Shown here: piece by piece, positions 31,217-41,900 of the stretch
Layout of the letters: each line of letters begins with the position of its first letter
Numbering within the stretch: the first letter of the stretch is position 1
NCBI GenBank assembly: GCA_963769025.1
Contig: CAVYKI010000009.1
Span: 192,001 to 256,000, forward strand
From: an uncultured Verrucomicrobiae bacterium
Lineage (GTDB): Bacteria > Verrucomicrobiota > Verrucomicrobiia > Chthoniobacterales > Chthoniobacteraceae
Reading direction: 5' to 3'
DNA length: 64,000 nt
Made by a program: the position numbers and the translations under genes
Notes under the pieces: model-generated
What the model saw: the letters and a program-made list of their open reading frames with translations, nothing else
Told to the model about the DNA's origin: nothing
Database searches by the model: none

Positions 31217-33992
31217 CGCTGAGCACGAGCCCCGGCGGGAGCGATTCGCCGAAGAGGCCCGCCTGATCTGCACCTTCCATCGGCGTGAATGTGCGGAGTT
31301 TTTCCGCCTTCAGCGGCGCAACGCCGGCCTTCTCCAGACGCGAGGCGATTTTTTCACGCAACGCTTTCGGAACATCCCGCGCGCGGTCATCGACCACACG
31401 TGCGGCTCGCAGGAAGAGCGTCTGGATTTCCGCGAGTTCGGGCGCGGCCCAGTCGAGATTTTGCAATGCCTCGCAAGCCTCTCCGACGTGCGCGGGCGGC
31501 AGGACGGCGGCAGGCCCGGCGTAGAGCGGCGCGCGATTGAGCAGGAGCCCGAGGGCGACGAGGAATGGAGCGCAATGCTGCGCACGTGCCGCGAGATCCG
31601 CGGCGGCACCGGTGAAGTTTTCGGCAAGCTCAGCTTTCAGGTCGAGGCCGAGACGTTCGAGCGCGCCGGCGAGGCGGACGAGTTCGGGCGGCGCCTTTTG
31701 CGCGCGGAGTTTCGGCAGTTCAGGAGCAATGAGCGCCTCCTGCCGTTCGCGACTCAGCCCGCCTGCAACGCGCCGCCACGTGATGTATTGCTGGAGCTGG
31801 ATGCGCTTGCCGGCGTTCGCCTGGCCAGCGGTGTGCATCTGCCAAAGCTCATCGATGCGCGCGGCATCGCGCGCCGCGCCGAAGCCAGGGCGCAAAAGGA
31901 AGCCCGCCATGATGAGCCACGTCTCCTCGTGATCGGCGGACTCCGCGCGGCGGTCGAAGCACCCGAAAAGCGCCGGCCACAGTGAGCGGATGAGCGTCCC
32001 GTTCCAGTTGCCCTTCGGCATGCCGAGGATTTTTTCGAGATGCTTGAGCAGGTTGGTCGCGGAGAGCTTTTCGTGGCGGGGGAGCGGTCCGCGAAGATAC
32101 GAGATGATCCGCTCGCGCGCAGATTCCAGCGTCGCTGCATCGACGCCGGGATCAGCGTCCGGCGATTGCGCGGTTGCTGGCGTTCCCGCTTCGGTTGAGG
32201 CTTCGTGCGGACGGAGGTCGAACTCCAGCGGCCACGACTGCTTTACGCGCGGGTCGGCGCTCACGCAAAGCACCTGCAGCAGGCCGAGTTCGTTCATCGT
32301 CGCGGAAAGTCGCACGGGCACGCGGTCCGTGCCGGTTTCGGCGAGGCGACCGGAGAGCTTCGCAGCGGTTTGCAGCGGCGGCAGGGGATGGAACGAGCGG
32401 TCGTCCCATTCGACGAGCGCCCCTGCACGATCCGCGTCGTGGCGGGTCGAATAAAACGGCTGGAACCGCACAGGGCGTCCCACGCAAAGCTCCAGCCCCG
32501 GGAGCGAGACGGAGAATTCCTCATCCGACGCCGCTCCGCGCGGAAGGATGCAGACGAGCTGCCGGCCGGCGCGTCCGCCGTCTCCGGACGAGGCGTGAAC
32601 TTCCAGGTAAATGGCCCGCGCCGCGCCCGCCTCGATGCGCGCCGCGCGTCCGTGCAGGATGCTCCCGAAACGCGCCGCGCCGCGTGCGACGGCAAGATCG
32701 AGTTCAGGGTTTTCGAGAAGGACGGGCGTCGCGCCGCCCTGCCACGCGGCGATCTGGCGTTGCAGCCGTTCCCGCAGCATCGCCGGAGACAGCGATCCCC
32801 CGTTGAAAAGCACGGCATCGACCCGCGGACGCCCGCGCAAAAACTCCGCGAGGTAACGCGTGACCGCGCTGTCGGCGGCGTAGGGAAGCGCCCATTCGCG
32901 GAGCGCGGCTTGGTCGCGTGCCGGCTCGGCGTCGGCGGCGCATTCGGGGAAGAAACCGTCCATCAGGATCGCGTCGATCTCGGCGCGGGCGATGCGCGCG
33001 GTCAGCGTGCCGCCGAGCAGCCCGGAGCCGCGACCGGGAATCGAAACCGAAAACGTCTCGGCGTCCTTGCCGGAACTGGCGAGGCAGCGCTCCTTGAGCT
33101 CACGGCATTGCGCGACGAGGAAATTCCACTGCGCCGGCGCGAGGTCCGTCCCGGCGGGAAGTCCCTGCTGGATGCGATGCGCGAGCGCGAGGTCGATGTT
33201 GTCCCCGCCGAGCAGCAAGTGGTCGCTGACGGCCACGCGCCGGATGCGCGGAACGGGCGAACCGGGCTGCCGCGCAATCTCGAACAGGCTGAAGTCCGAA
33301 GTGCCGCCGCCGATGTCAATGACCACGACGTGCCGCGCGTCGGGGCCATCCGCGGGCAGCGCGTTCCAAAAATCGTCCGGCCTGTCGTGCAGTTCGAGCC
33401 ACCGGTAAAATGCCGCCTGCGGCTCCTCGATGAGCCGGACGCTTTCCGGAAACCCCGCCTGCTTCGCCGCGTCGAGCGTGAGCCGCTGCGCGACCGCATC
33501 GAACGACGCCGGCACAGTGATGGTGATCTCCTGCGCGTCGAAACGGAACTCCGCGCCGTCGCCGGCGAACTTCGCGTCCCATGCCGCGCGCAGATATTTC
33601 AGGAGAATCGCCGACGCATCCACGGGCGAGATGCGCAGTCCCGGGTCGAGCGCGTCCGAGCGCCACGGCAGGAATGGCGCGGAACGATCCACCGTGTGAT
33701 GGCAGAGCCACGACTTCGCCGAGTGCACCACGCGCCCCGGCAGCTCCGCCGCCTGCTTCCGCGCGAAACGCCCCGGCACCCACGCATCGCCACCGAGCGC
33801 AGCCGCCTCGTGTGCCGCCGGCAGATAGAGGAATGACGGAAGCGTCGCCGACTCCGAGAGCGTTCCGGGCTTTTCCCACTGCGGGATTGCGAAGACGTGC
33901 GTGCGCGTATCCGCACCGTCGAGAGGCTCAAACGCCATGGCACAGTTCGTCGTGCCAAGATCGATCCCGATGCTGAATTTTGCGCGAGCCAT
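31197..33992 (-). CDS. Atypical Hsp70-family protein with long C-terminal extension (DUF3731-like)
   Basis: GIDLGTTN, TVPASFD, EEPQAAF, DIGGGTSD, LGGDNID, AVARGAA; helical C-terminal region. Confidence 0.88.
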   Translation of the reverse strand: MARAKFSIGIDLGTTNCAMAFEPLDGADTRTHVFAIPQWEKPGTLSESATLPSFLYLPAAHEAAALGGDAWVPGRFARKQAAELPGRVVHSAKSWLCHHTVDRSAPFLPWRSDALDPGLRISPVDASAILLKYLRAAWDAKFAGDGAEFRFDAQEITITVPASFDAVAQRLTLDAAKQAGFPESVRLIEEPQAAFYRWLELHDRPDDFWNALPADGPDARHVVVIDIGGGTSDFSLFEIARQPGSPVPRIRRVAVSDHLLLGGDNIDLALAHRIQQGLPAGTDLAPAQWNFLVAQCRELKERCLASSGKDAETFSVSIPGRGSGLLGGTLTARIARAEIDAILMDGFFPECAADAEPARDQAALREWALPYAADSAVTRYLAEFLRGRPRVDAVLFNGGSLSPAMLRERLQRQIAAWQGGATPVLLENPELDLAVARGAARFGSILHGRAARIEAGAARAIYLEVHASSGDGGRAGRQLVCILPRGAASDEEFSVSLPGLELCVGRPVRFQPFYSTRHDADRAGALVEWDDRSFHPLPPLQTAAKLSGRLAETGTDRVPVRLSATMNELGLLQVLCVSADPRVKQSWPLEFDLRPHEASTEAGTPATAQSPDADPGVDAATLESARERIISYLRGPLPRHEKLSATNLLKHLEKILGMPKGNWNGTLIRSLWPALFGCFDRRAESADHEETWLIMAGFLLRPGFGAARDAARIDELWQMHTAGQANAGKRIQLQQYITWRRVAGGLSRERQEALIAPELPKLRAQKAPPELVRLAGALERLGLDLKAELAENFTGAAADLAARAQHCAPFLVALGLLLNRAPLYAGPAAVLPPAHVGEACEALQNLDWAAPELAEIQTLFLRAARVVDDRARDVPKALREKIASRLEKAGVAPLKAEKLRTFTPMEGADQAGLFGESLPPGLVLSVTAAGP

Positions 33993-34010
33993 CGTGCGGA
34001 CTGCGCGCCG

Positions 34011-35855
34011 CTATTCCATGCGGACCTGGAACTCGACCTTCCAGCGGCGATCCGAGCGGGTGTGTTTCATCCAGAGTTCGAGGTTGCCGAGTTCGGTGAC
34101 GACCGGGTTGATGTGGACGGGCACGGCCTGTCCCTCAGGGAAGCCATCGATGGGCGGCAGCGTGAGTTCGAGCTGGCTGGATTCTTCGAGATCGCGCACG
34201 GCGTTCGGGATGATCTGCCCCGGCTTGTCGCCGCTGCGCACTTCGGACGCGAAGAACCGGAACACCGCGGGCTGTCCGGTCATCAGGCCAAACTGCTGGC
34301 CGTCGATGAGCAGTTCGCTGCCTTCCTCCATTCCCTGCGGCACGACGCAGAGCGCTTTGATCGGCGGCTTGAATCCAGGAATCGCGGGCATCGAGGATTC
34401 GAGGCCGATGTAATACGAGCGGGCGGTGCCGGCCTTGATGCGGATGCCCTGGCCGGTCGCGCGGTTGCGTCCGTAAATGGCCGCGCCTTTTGCCACGGCG
34501 AGGTCGGGCTGGAAGCCTGCGAGTTCGTGGACGGGCTTGCGGTCGTTCCATGATGCGAGCAGGTCGAGGACTCGCTGGCGGATCGGAGCCGCGTTGAATA
34601 CGCCGCCGTTGAAAAGGATCGCCGTCGGCATGAGGCAGGCGCCCTTCAGCGCCTCGGGCCGCGAATTCACGAGCGCGGTCAGCGTCTCGCTGGCCTTCAC
34701 ATTCATGAGGCTGCGCGTGAGGAATCGCGCGAGGTGCTTGCTCACGACCGGGTCCGACGCGTACGGCAGGCCAAACTCCTGCAAGCCGGCGCCCCGCTTT
34801 TCCTCGGGCAGGTCGGTGACGCGCGTCATCGGGAAAAAGCCGTCGAGCACCACCGCTTCGAGCGTCGCGCGATCGAGCTTGGTGGAGACGGTCTTCGCGA
34901 TGAGCCCTGAGCCGCGCGACGGGACGGCGATGGGCCCGCTCTTGAGCGACTCGTCGTTGAACAACTGCACCTTCGCCCGGCCCGCCGCGTGGATGAGCGC
35001 GAGGAACTGCCATTCGTCGATCGTCTTTCCCGCCTCCTCGAGCTGCGCCTGCAGCGTGTACGCGAGCGCGAGATCCATGTTGTCGCCGCCGAGCAGAATG
35101 TGTTCGCCGACGCTGATGCGCTCGACCTCCAGGTTGCCGTCCTTTCCGGTGATCGCGATGAGGCTGAAGTCCGACGTGCCGCCGCCGACATCGCACACGA
35201 GCACGATGTCGCCCGGGCCGACCTGTTTGCGCCAGTCGCTGCCCGCCTGCGCGGTCCATGCGTAAAATGCCGCCTGCGGTTCCTCCAAGAGCACGACTTT
35301 TCCGAGGCCCGCCGCCTCCGCCGCCTCGGATGTCAGCGTGCGCGCGACTTCGTCGAACGACGCGGGCACCGTGAGCACGACCTGTCCCTCAGCCAAATCC
35401 CATTTGCGCTCGTGCCCGTGCTCGGCGTGGAGAAAGCCCTCGCGCAGTTCTTCGAGGTAGCGCCGCGAGCAGTCGAACGCGGAAAGCTTCGTCTCCCCGA
35501 TGTCCGATTTCCACGGGAGCACGGGCTTTTTCGGGTCGGTGTGAAAGTTCGACAGCCACGACTTTGCCGACGTGACCAGTCGATCCGGGATGAGCGCGCC
35601 GTGCTCGCGGGCGAAGTGTCCGACGACGGTCCTGTCGGACTTCGACGACCACGGCAGCCGCATGGCATCCTTCGGGAATTCGTCCGGGTGCGGCACGTAA
35701 AGCGCCGAGGGCAGCGTCGGCTTTTCACCGGCCTGATTCGGTCCGAGCACCTGCGTGATCTCCACGATCGCCGCGCGGCCACTCTCGAATTCCTCGATGG
35801 CCACAGCGCTGTTGCTCGTGCCGAGGTCGATGCCGAGGCTGAATTTGGTCTTCAT
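34011..35855 (-). CDS. Atypical Hsp70-family protein
   Basis: GIDLGTSN, TVPASFD, DVGGGTSD, LGGDNMD, AVAKGAA; start at MKTKF. Confidence 0.9.
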   Translation of the reverse strand: MKTKFSLGIDLGTSNSAVAIEEFESGRAAIVEITQVLGPNQAGEKPTLPSALYVPHPDEFPKDAMRLPWSSKSDRTVVGHFAREHGALIPDRLVTSAKSWLSNFHTDPKKPVLPWKSDIGETKLSAFDCSRRYLEELREGFLHAEHGHERKWDLAEGQVVLTVPASFDEVARTLTSEAAEAAGLGKVVLLEEPQAAFYAWTAQAGSDWRKQVGPGDIVLVCDVGGGTSDFSLIAITGKDGNLEVERISVGEHILLGGDNMDLALAYTLQAQLEEAGKTIDEWQFLALIHAAGRAKVQLFNDESLKSGPIAVPSRGSGLIAKTVSTKLDRATLEAVVLDGFFPMTRVTDLPEEKRGAGLQEFGLPYASDPVVSKHLARFLTRSLMNVKASETLTALVNSRPEALKGACLMPTAILFNGGVFNAAPIRQRVLDLLASWNDRKPVHELAGFQPDLAVAKGAAIYGRNRATGQGIRIKAGTARSYYIGLESSMPAIPGFKPPIKALCVVPQGMEEGSELLIDGQQFGLMTGQPAVFRFFASEVRSGDKPGQIIPNAVRDLEESSQLELTLPPIDGFPEGQAVPVHINPVVTELGNLELWMKHTRSDRRWKVEFQVRME

Positions 35856-36454
35856 TTCAACTCCACCTCCGCCGGCGCGATGCCCGGCAGGCGCCGCGCG
35901 TCGGTCTTGATGATCCGCGGCAGTTTGACGGTCTCCGTCTTCCATCCCTTGTGGACGAGCGTGCCGCTGAACGGCGGCTCGCCGCACACTTTCCCGAGCA
36001 GCCGGTATTCGTCCGGCGCGTATCCCGCGGGCACCGTGACGCGCGAGCCCTCCGCGGCATCCGAGACGGGCGTGATTTTGAAATGCTCGCGCAACACCTC
36101 GCGGCAGCCTTGATGCACGACCCGAGCCGCCGCGCCGACCTGCGCGTCGTCATACGCCGTCACGTCGTCCATGAGAAAGTCCACGAAGCGTCCCTTTTCC
36201 TGAAGCAATGCAAAGAACGCAACGACCTCCGCGTCGGCCTGATTTACGGCGGAAGCCGGCGGTAGAACTGAAGCCGGTGAAGGCAACTTCGGTGTGTCTT
36301 TCGCACTGCCAAAAAGTGCGAGCATGACGATGGCGAGCGCCAGCATCAGCGCCGCCGCCGCGAGCGGTGTGGCGTATTCGCGCATGGCTGGCACGAGCAG
36401 GAGAGCGTTGAGCGTGGCAACGATCGCCGCGCAAATCAGCAGGCTGTATTTCAT
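35852..36454 (-). CDS. DUF2760-like membrane protein
   Basis: Two N-terminal TM helices; LLQEKGRFVDFL, VGAAARVVH, GTLVHKGW, APAEVEL. Confidence 0.85.
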   Translation of the reverse strand: MKYSLLICAAIVATLNALLLVPAMREYATPLAAAALMLALAIVMLALFGSAKDTPKLPSPASVLPPASAVNQADAEVVAFFALLQEKGRFVDFLMDDVTAYDDAQVGAAARVVHQGCREVLREHFKITPVSDAAEGSRVTVPAGYAPDEYRLLGKVCGEPPFSGTLVHKGWKTETVKLPRIIKTDARRLPGIAPAEVELK

Positions 36455-36614
36455 ATTCAAGAATGTCCCTTTGTGCCGGACCCGCATTCGCGGCGGGTCC
36501 GATTCCCGCGCGCATTGGCCACACCGTTCGCATCATCGCAAGCGCGAAAGCGGCGGGGGATCACCGGCAGTCGGAATGGGTCTCGAGGGCGTGATTGCGT
36601 CGCGTGATTGAGTC

Positions 36615-38702
36615 TCACGGTCCCAGCAGCGGAAGCATGGTGAGGGCGGGGCAGGGGAGCAGTCCGTCGTCGGGCGCAGTCGCCGTTTCCTCCGGGATCG
36701 GTGGAGGGCTGGCGGTGGGGGCGCTTCCAGTCTCGGCGAGACGCGTGATGGCCCCGGCAACGCGTGCGGATTCCTGCTGAAGTTCGTCGGCTGCCCGGAG
36801 GATCGCACCTTGGATATCGAAAGGCACTTGGCGGGAATCGCGTTGGGACGCGAGGTTTTCCCGCAGCGCGCGCAGACCGGCGCGGATGTTTTCCGCCGCC
36901 CCCGTGACATAGCCGTGCGCGATTTTCGCAGCGAATGCCGCCGGCCGCGAGGGGAAGCGATCGCGGATCGCGGTTTCCCACTGCCTTTCGAATTGGGCGC
37001 GGCTTTCCGCTTGCAGGCGGTTCTCCTTTTCGGGCGGCGCAATCTCACTGCCGCCGTCCGGGCCAAACAAACGTTGGCGCACTTTCGCGCGACTGCGGAA
37101 AAGCAGCCAGTCGATGAATGTTTTCCGCACCGGCAGCGACTCCGTATCGAGGGTCATTTTGTAGGAATCCAGCCCGTCATCCGCGCGCACTGCCGCCAGC
37201 GCCTGCTGGCCGGGTTCGCGTGGGGAGAATCCAGAGGCATCGAGATCGGCGACCATTTCCAGCGGCAGATGGGCGCCGGCGTGCTCGGAGCCTTCGAGCC
37301 GTTCCAGGCGCGACCTGCTCTCCTCGGCGAGAGCGCGCGCGGCTTCGGTGAGCGGCGGATTCCAATACCGGTCAGGCAAGGCCCCGAGGCTGTCATTCGC
37401 CTTCATCCATCGCGCAAAACCCTGCCGGAATTCCTCGCGCAGTTGCGCCGTCCGCGCCGTCATCGCTTCATCCACTCCCCGCCGGTGCTCCTCGCGCAGG
37501 TCTTGGAAAAGCGCGACCCAGTCGGCCTGCAAGAGCCGGTCGGTGGCCGCGATCTGCAGGTCGAGAGCGCGGATTTTTTCCGCGAGTGCTCCCTGCCGCG
37601 AACGCAGTGTCGTGACTTCGGAACCTGTGAGGGTCGAGATGAGCTCGCCGCACAGGGTCTTCGCCTGGCGCAGGCTGTCGCGGATGAACTCGTGCGTGTA
37701 GTCGCTGCTGTTCAGGTACTCCATCAGGTCGCTCTGGAATGTGTAGAATTCCGGAAGGCGCATCCGCTCTCCGTCCGCGTGGGCGAGCGTCGTCGAGGCC
37801 GCGCTGAGGAGATCCACGGCGTGAATCCGCACGCGCCCCGCATCGTACGCCGCCTTCATCGGGCCCGCCATCGAGAGCGTCTTGAACGCCTCCAGCACCC
37901 GTTCCGGGTCCTCGCTTTCTGCGCTCGGCCGCAGGCTGCCGTCCGGCGCAAGGTCGCGTTTGCTCGCGTCCACGTTCACCACGATGAAAATCCGGCTGAA
38001 AAGTCCGAGCAGCTGGTTGAACTCCGCGAAGACCTGCTCGAGGAAAAGATTGTCCGTCTTCACCACGAAAACCGCGCATGCGGCGCCGTCGCGGAACTCC
38101 CGCGTGAGCACGTCGTAGCCAAAATTCATCCGGCTGTAGAGGCCGGGAGTGTCCACTAGCACCATCGAGGATTCGCCGAGCGCCGGGACGGGCACCTTGA
38201 TGTCCACGCGCCGGATCGCCTCCGGAAAACTCGTGCCCGGCTCAAATGCCTCCCCGCGCTCTTCACATTCGCGGATCCGTTCGGCGAGCGCCGGGTGCGC
38301 GTCTTCGACCACCGCCTTCAGTTCCATCCCGGTCGAGAAGATCGTCTCACGCCCGTTGTAGCGCGTCACCGAAAAGCGCGACGACTGCGAATCCTGCACA
38401 AAGACCAGGCACGGATAGCCGGGCAGCGACGTGACCTCGCTCACGTACGAACCGCTCATGGCATTCATGAGCGTGCTTTTTCCGCTCTTCAGCGGGCCGA
38501 AAATCAGCAGGTAGGCGTGCTGGTTCTTGAGCTTGTCCGTGAGTGACCGGAGCCGCGCCCGGAGATCGTTCAGCGCCGCGAGCGAATGGTGCAGTGTGCC
38601 GTGGCCACGCTCAAATTGTGTCGCAGCCTTGAGGAGCGCGGCAGGCAGCATTCCCAGGGTTTCTGAGCACACGGAGCAAAACTCGGAAATCTCGGTCTTC
38701 AT
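36615..38702 (-). CDS. Bacterial dynamin-like GTPase
   Basis: G1 GPLKSGKST, G3 LVDTPG, atypical G4 VVNVD; long helical C-terminal stalk; start at MKTEIS. Confidence 0.8.
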   Translation of the reverse strand: MKTEISEFCSVCSETLGMLPAALLKAATQFERGHGTLHHSLAALNDLRARLRSLTDKLKNQHAYLLIFGPLKSGKSTLMNAMSGSYVSEVTSLPGYPCLVFVQDSQSSRFSVTRYNGRETIFSTGMELKAVVEDAHPALAERIRECEERGEAFEPGTSFPEAIRRVDIKVPVPALGESSMVLVDTPGLYSRMNFGYDVLTREFRDGAACAVFVVKTDNLFLEQVFAEFNQLLGLFSRIFIVVNVDASKRDLAPDGSLRPSAESEDPERVLEAFKTLSMAGPMKAAYDAGRVRIHAVDLLSAASTTLAHADGERMRLPEFYTFQSDLMEYLNSSDYTHEFIRDSLRQAKTLCGELISTLTGSEVTTLRSRQGALAEKIRALDLQIAATDRLLQADWVALFQDLREEHRRGVDEAMTARTAQLREEFRQGFARWMKANDSLGALPDRYWNPPLTEAARALAEESRSRLERLEGSEHAGAHLPLEMVADLDASGFSPREPGQQALAAVRADDGLDSYKMTLDTESLPVRKTFIDWLLFRSRAKVRQRLFGPDGGSEIAPPEKENRLQAESRAQFERQWETAIRDRFPSRPAAFAAKIAHGYVTGAAENIRAGLRALRENLASQRDSRQVPFDIQGAILRAADELQQESARVAGAITRLAETGSAPTASPPPIPEETATAPDDGLLPCPALTMLPLLGP

Positions 38703-38904
38703 CGTCGGCAGCGTCCACGCTTTCACGGCAGTGTCAACGCGCCCCTGCGCTTCCTGCCTTCGCGGCACTTTCCGTCGCAACAAACTCACACGGCTTTTAC
38801 AAAAGGATCACAACTCCGTGCGGCGCGCGGGCTACGAAGGGTGCAGCGCGCGGCGTTGCAAGCGCCGGCGCGGCAAAGCACGATTCGATCAACCCCGTCA
38901 TCCC

Positions 38905-41900
38905 ATGAGCAAGCGCACTTCGTTCCACCTCCCGGCAGCAATCGCACTGGTCACTTCACTCGTCCTTCCGGTCTGCTCGTGGGCGGAGAATGAGATCGGA
39001 TTCATTGAGAAATTCGCGCTCGCACCGGACCGGGAGAAGGTCCTCGGCGAACTCGTCCCCGGCACCGAGGACTACTATTTTTTCCACGCGCTGCATTACC
39101 AGAACACGAGCAATGCGGCGAAGCTCGCGGGCGTTCTCGCGCAGTGGAAGAAGCGCTTCCCGGACTCCGACCAGCGGGAGATCATCGAGAACCGCGACGC
39201 ATTGCTCGGCTACGATGCGAATCCGCAGAAGACGCTGGCCTTTCTGCGCGAGCGGCTCGGCCTGCAGTTCAACCACCAGCAGGAGGTGCGCGACAAAAAG
39301 CCGGACCTGCCGAGCACGCTCGACCCGAAGCGCATCGGGCGCGATGTGTTTGAGCGCGACTCGATCAACAATGACCTGGGGTTGGGATCATTTTCCGAGG
39401 AGGCGCTGGAGGCGCTGGTGAGGAGCAAGGTTCCGCTCGACGAACACCGGCGACGGGCATTGCTCGGCAGGCTGAAGCGGCCGGACGTGCCCGGCCTGGT
39501 GGAGCTGATCGTCGCTGACTTGAAGTCGAAGGAATCGCGCGGGTTCGGGGAATTTGCCATCCACCGCGCACTCCTGCCGGAGCAGCTCGATGCGCTGGCG
39601 AAGCAGTCGCCCGGCCTGCCGGTGCAGCAGGCGTTCGTCTTTGCCAGGCTGCGCAAGCTCGCGCCGTCGGCGGATGTGGACGTGGAGTTTGACGCCGTGG
39701 AACGCGAGGCGTGGCTGGAGCGCGTGTGGGCCTACGCGAAGACGCTGTCGCCCACCTACAACACGCTGAAGGCCCACGTGCTCTACCTGCGCTCGATCAC
39801 GATCGGAAGAAGGGCGTCTACGACGCAGCGCGACTGCTCGAGTACCTCAAGCTCCCGCGCTCCATCCACTATGTGAACCCAAAATGGCTGGAACGCGTGC
39901 GCAATTCGCAGCCGATGTGCGACCTGAACGCGAACCTGAGCGAAGGCCTGCTGACGCAGCGCCCTATCGGCGACGACGAGCCGCTGGTGCGGGACTATTT
40001 CCTGAACATTTTCCAGCGCGCGGCTGCGGCGAACCTCGGCGACATCGGCACGGGGATGATGGCGCCTTACACGGAGTATGTGCGCGACACGTGGCTGAAG
40101 CCGGTGCTCGCCGAGGCGCTCATCACGAGCGCGCAGGGCAACGCCGAGCAGTGGGCGTCGCTCATCACGCCGGGGGAATTCCAGCGGCTCAAGGATCGCG
40201 TGGACATCGAGTTTCCCTCGACGAACGCGCCGGTCTTCAAGCCCGCGGGCGGTGTGCAGGCGGGCGATGATGTGCAGTTTGATGTCGTCGTGAAAAACAC
40301 GCCGAAGCTCATCGTGAAAATCTACGAGCTGAATGCGCTGAACTTTTTCCTCACGCAGAAGCGCCAGCTCAACACAGACCTCAACCTCGACGGCCTGGTC
40401 GCGAACAGCGAGCAGACCCACGCGTTCGACACCGGCCCATTCAAGCGCACGCGGCAGACGTTCAAATTTCCCGCGCTGAAAGGAAAACGCGGCGCGTGGA
40501 TCGTGGAGTTCATCGGCGGCGGGCGCAGCAGCCGCGCGCTGGTGCGCAACGGGCAGTGGCAGGTGGTGCAGAACACCGGACCGTCCGGCGATCTGCTCAC
40601 CGTGCTGGATGAAAACGGCGCGCAGGTGAAGGAGGCCGTGGCGTGGCTCGACGGGCGCAAGTTCGTGCGCGACGAGAAGCTCGGCCGCATCGTGGTGCCG
40701 TTCACCGCGCAGCCCGGCATGAAGCAGGTCGTCCTCGCGGATGCGGAGGGCACGTTTGCCACGCTCGCGCAGTTCGAGCATCACGCGGAAAACTACGTGC
40801 TCGACGCGCATTTTCACATCGAGCGCGAGCAACTGCTGGCGCGTCGCGAGGCCACGGTCGCCGTGCGCACGGCGCTGATGCTCGGCGAAGCGCACCTCGA
40901 TCCCGCGCTGCTCACCGAGCCGAAGCTCACCGTGACTTCCACGACGCACGACGGAATTTCCACGACGCGCGAGTTCAAGGACCTGAAGCTCACCGCCGGC
41001 GGCGTGCTCACTCAGGACCTCAGCGTTCCCGAGCGCCTCGCTCAGCTCACCGTCACGCTCACGGGAAAAGTGGATGTCCTCAGCGCCGGCGGGCAGAAGC
41101 GTGACATCTCCGCGAGTCACAACTGGAGTCTGAACGGCATCGAAAAGACCGATGCGACGAACGACGGGCACCTGTCGAAATTCGGCGGCAACTACGTCTT
41201 CGAGCTGCTCGGCAGAAATGGCGAACCGCTCGCGGACCAGCAGGCGGTGTTCACGTTCAGGCACCGCGAATTTGCGCGCACGCAGACGATCGCTCTCCGC
41301 ACGGATGACAAGGGCCGCGTGGAGCTCGGCGCGCTCGGAGGCATCGCGAGCTTCACTGCGCGGATTCCGAACGGACGGCAAAGTTCATGGGAGCTGGATG
41401 ACTTTGAGCGCACGTGGCCCGCGGTGATCCACACGGGGGGCGGGCAACCGGTCCGCGTGCCACTGCCCCCACGGTTCAGCGAGGCGCTCACGCGCTGGAA
41501 CTTCCTGCCGAAGGACTGGCTCCAGCGGGAGGTGTCGTTGCTTCAGGTGAACGCGGGCACGTTTGTCGCCGACCACGGCGGACAGATGGAAATCGTGGAC
41601 GGATTCCTAGTCATCGAGGGCCTCGACGCCCGGCGACTACGCGCTGCGGCTGCGCGACGAGAAGCGCGACATCGCGATCAAAGTGAGCGGAGGCAAGGCG
41701 GGCAGCGGGTGGTATCTCGGCAGCTGCGCGCAACCTGCAGGCGAAGGCAGAGACGATGCTGCACATCACCGGCGTCATCGAGGCGCCGGATGCGATCACC
41801 GTGAAGCTCGCGAACACCTCGCCTTTCACCCGCGTGCATGTCGCCGCGTCGCGCTTCGAGCCGGGGCGCGGAATCTTCGGCGACTTCGGGAGCTTCGTGC

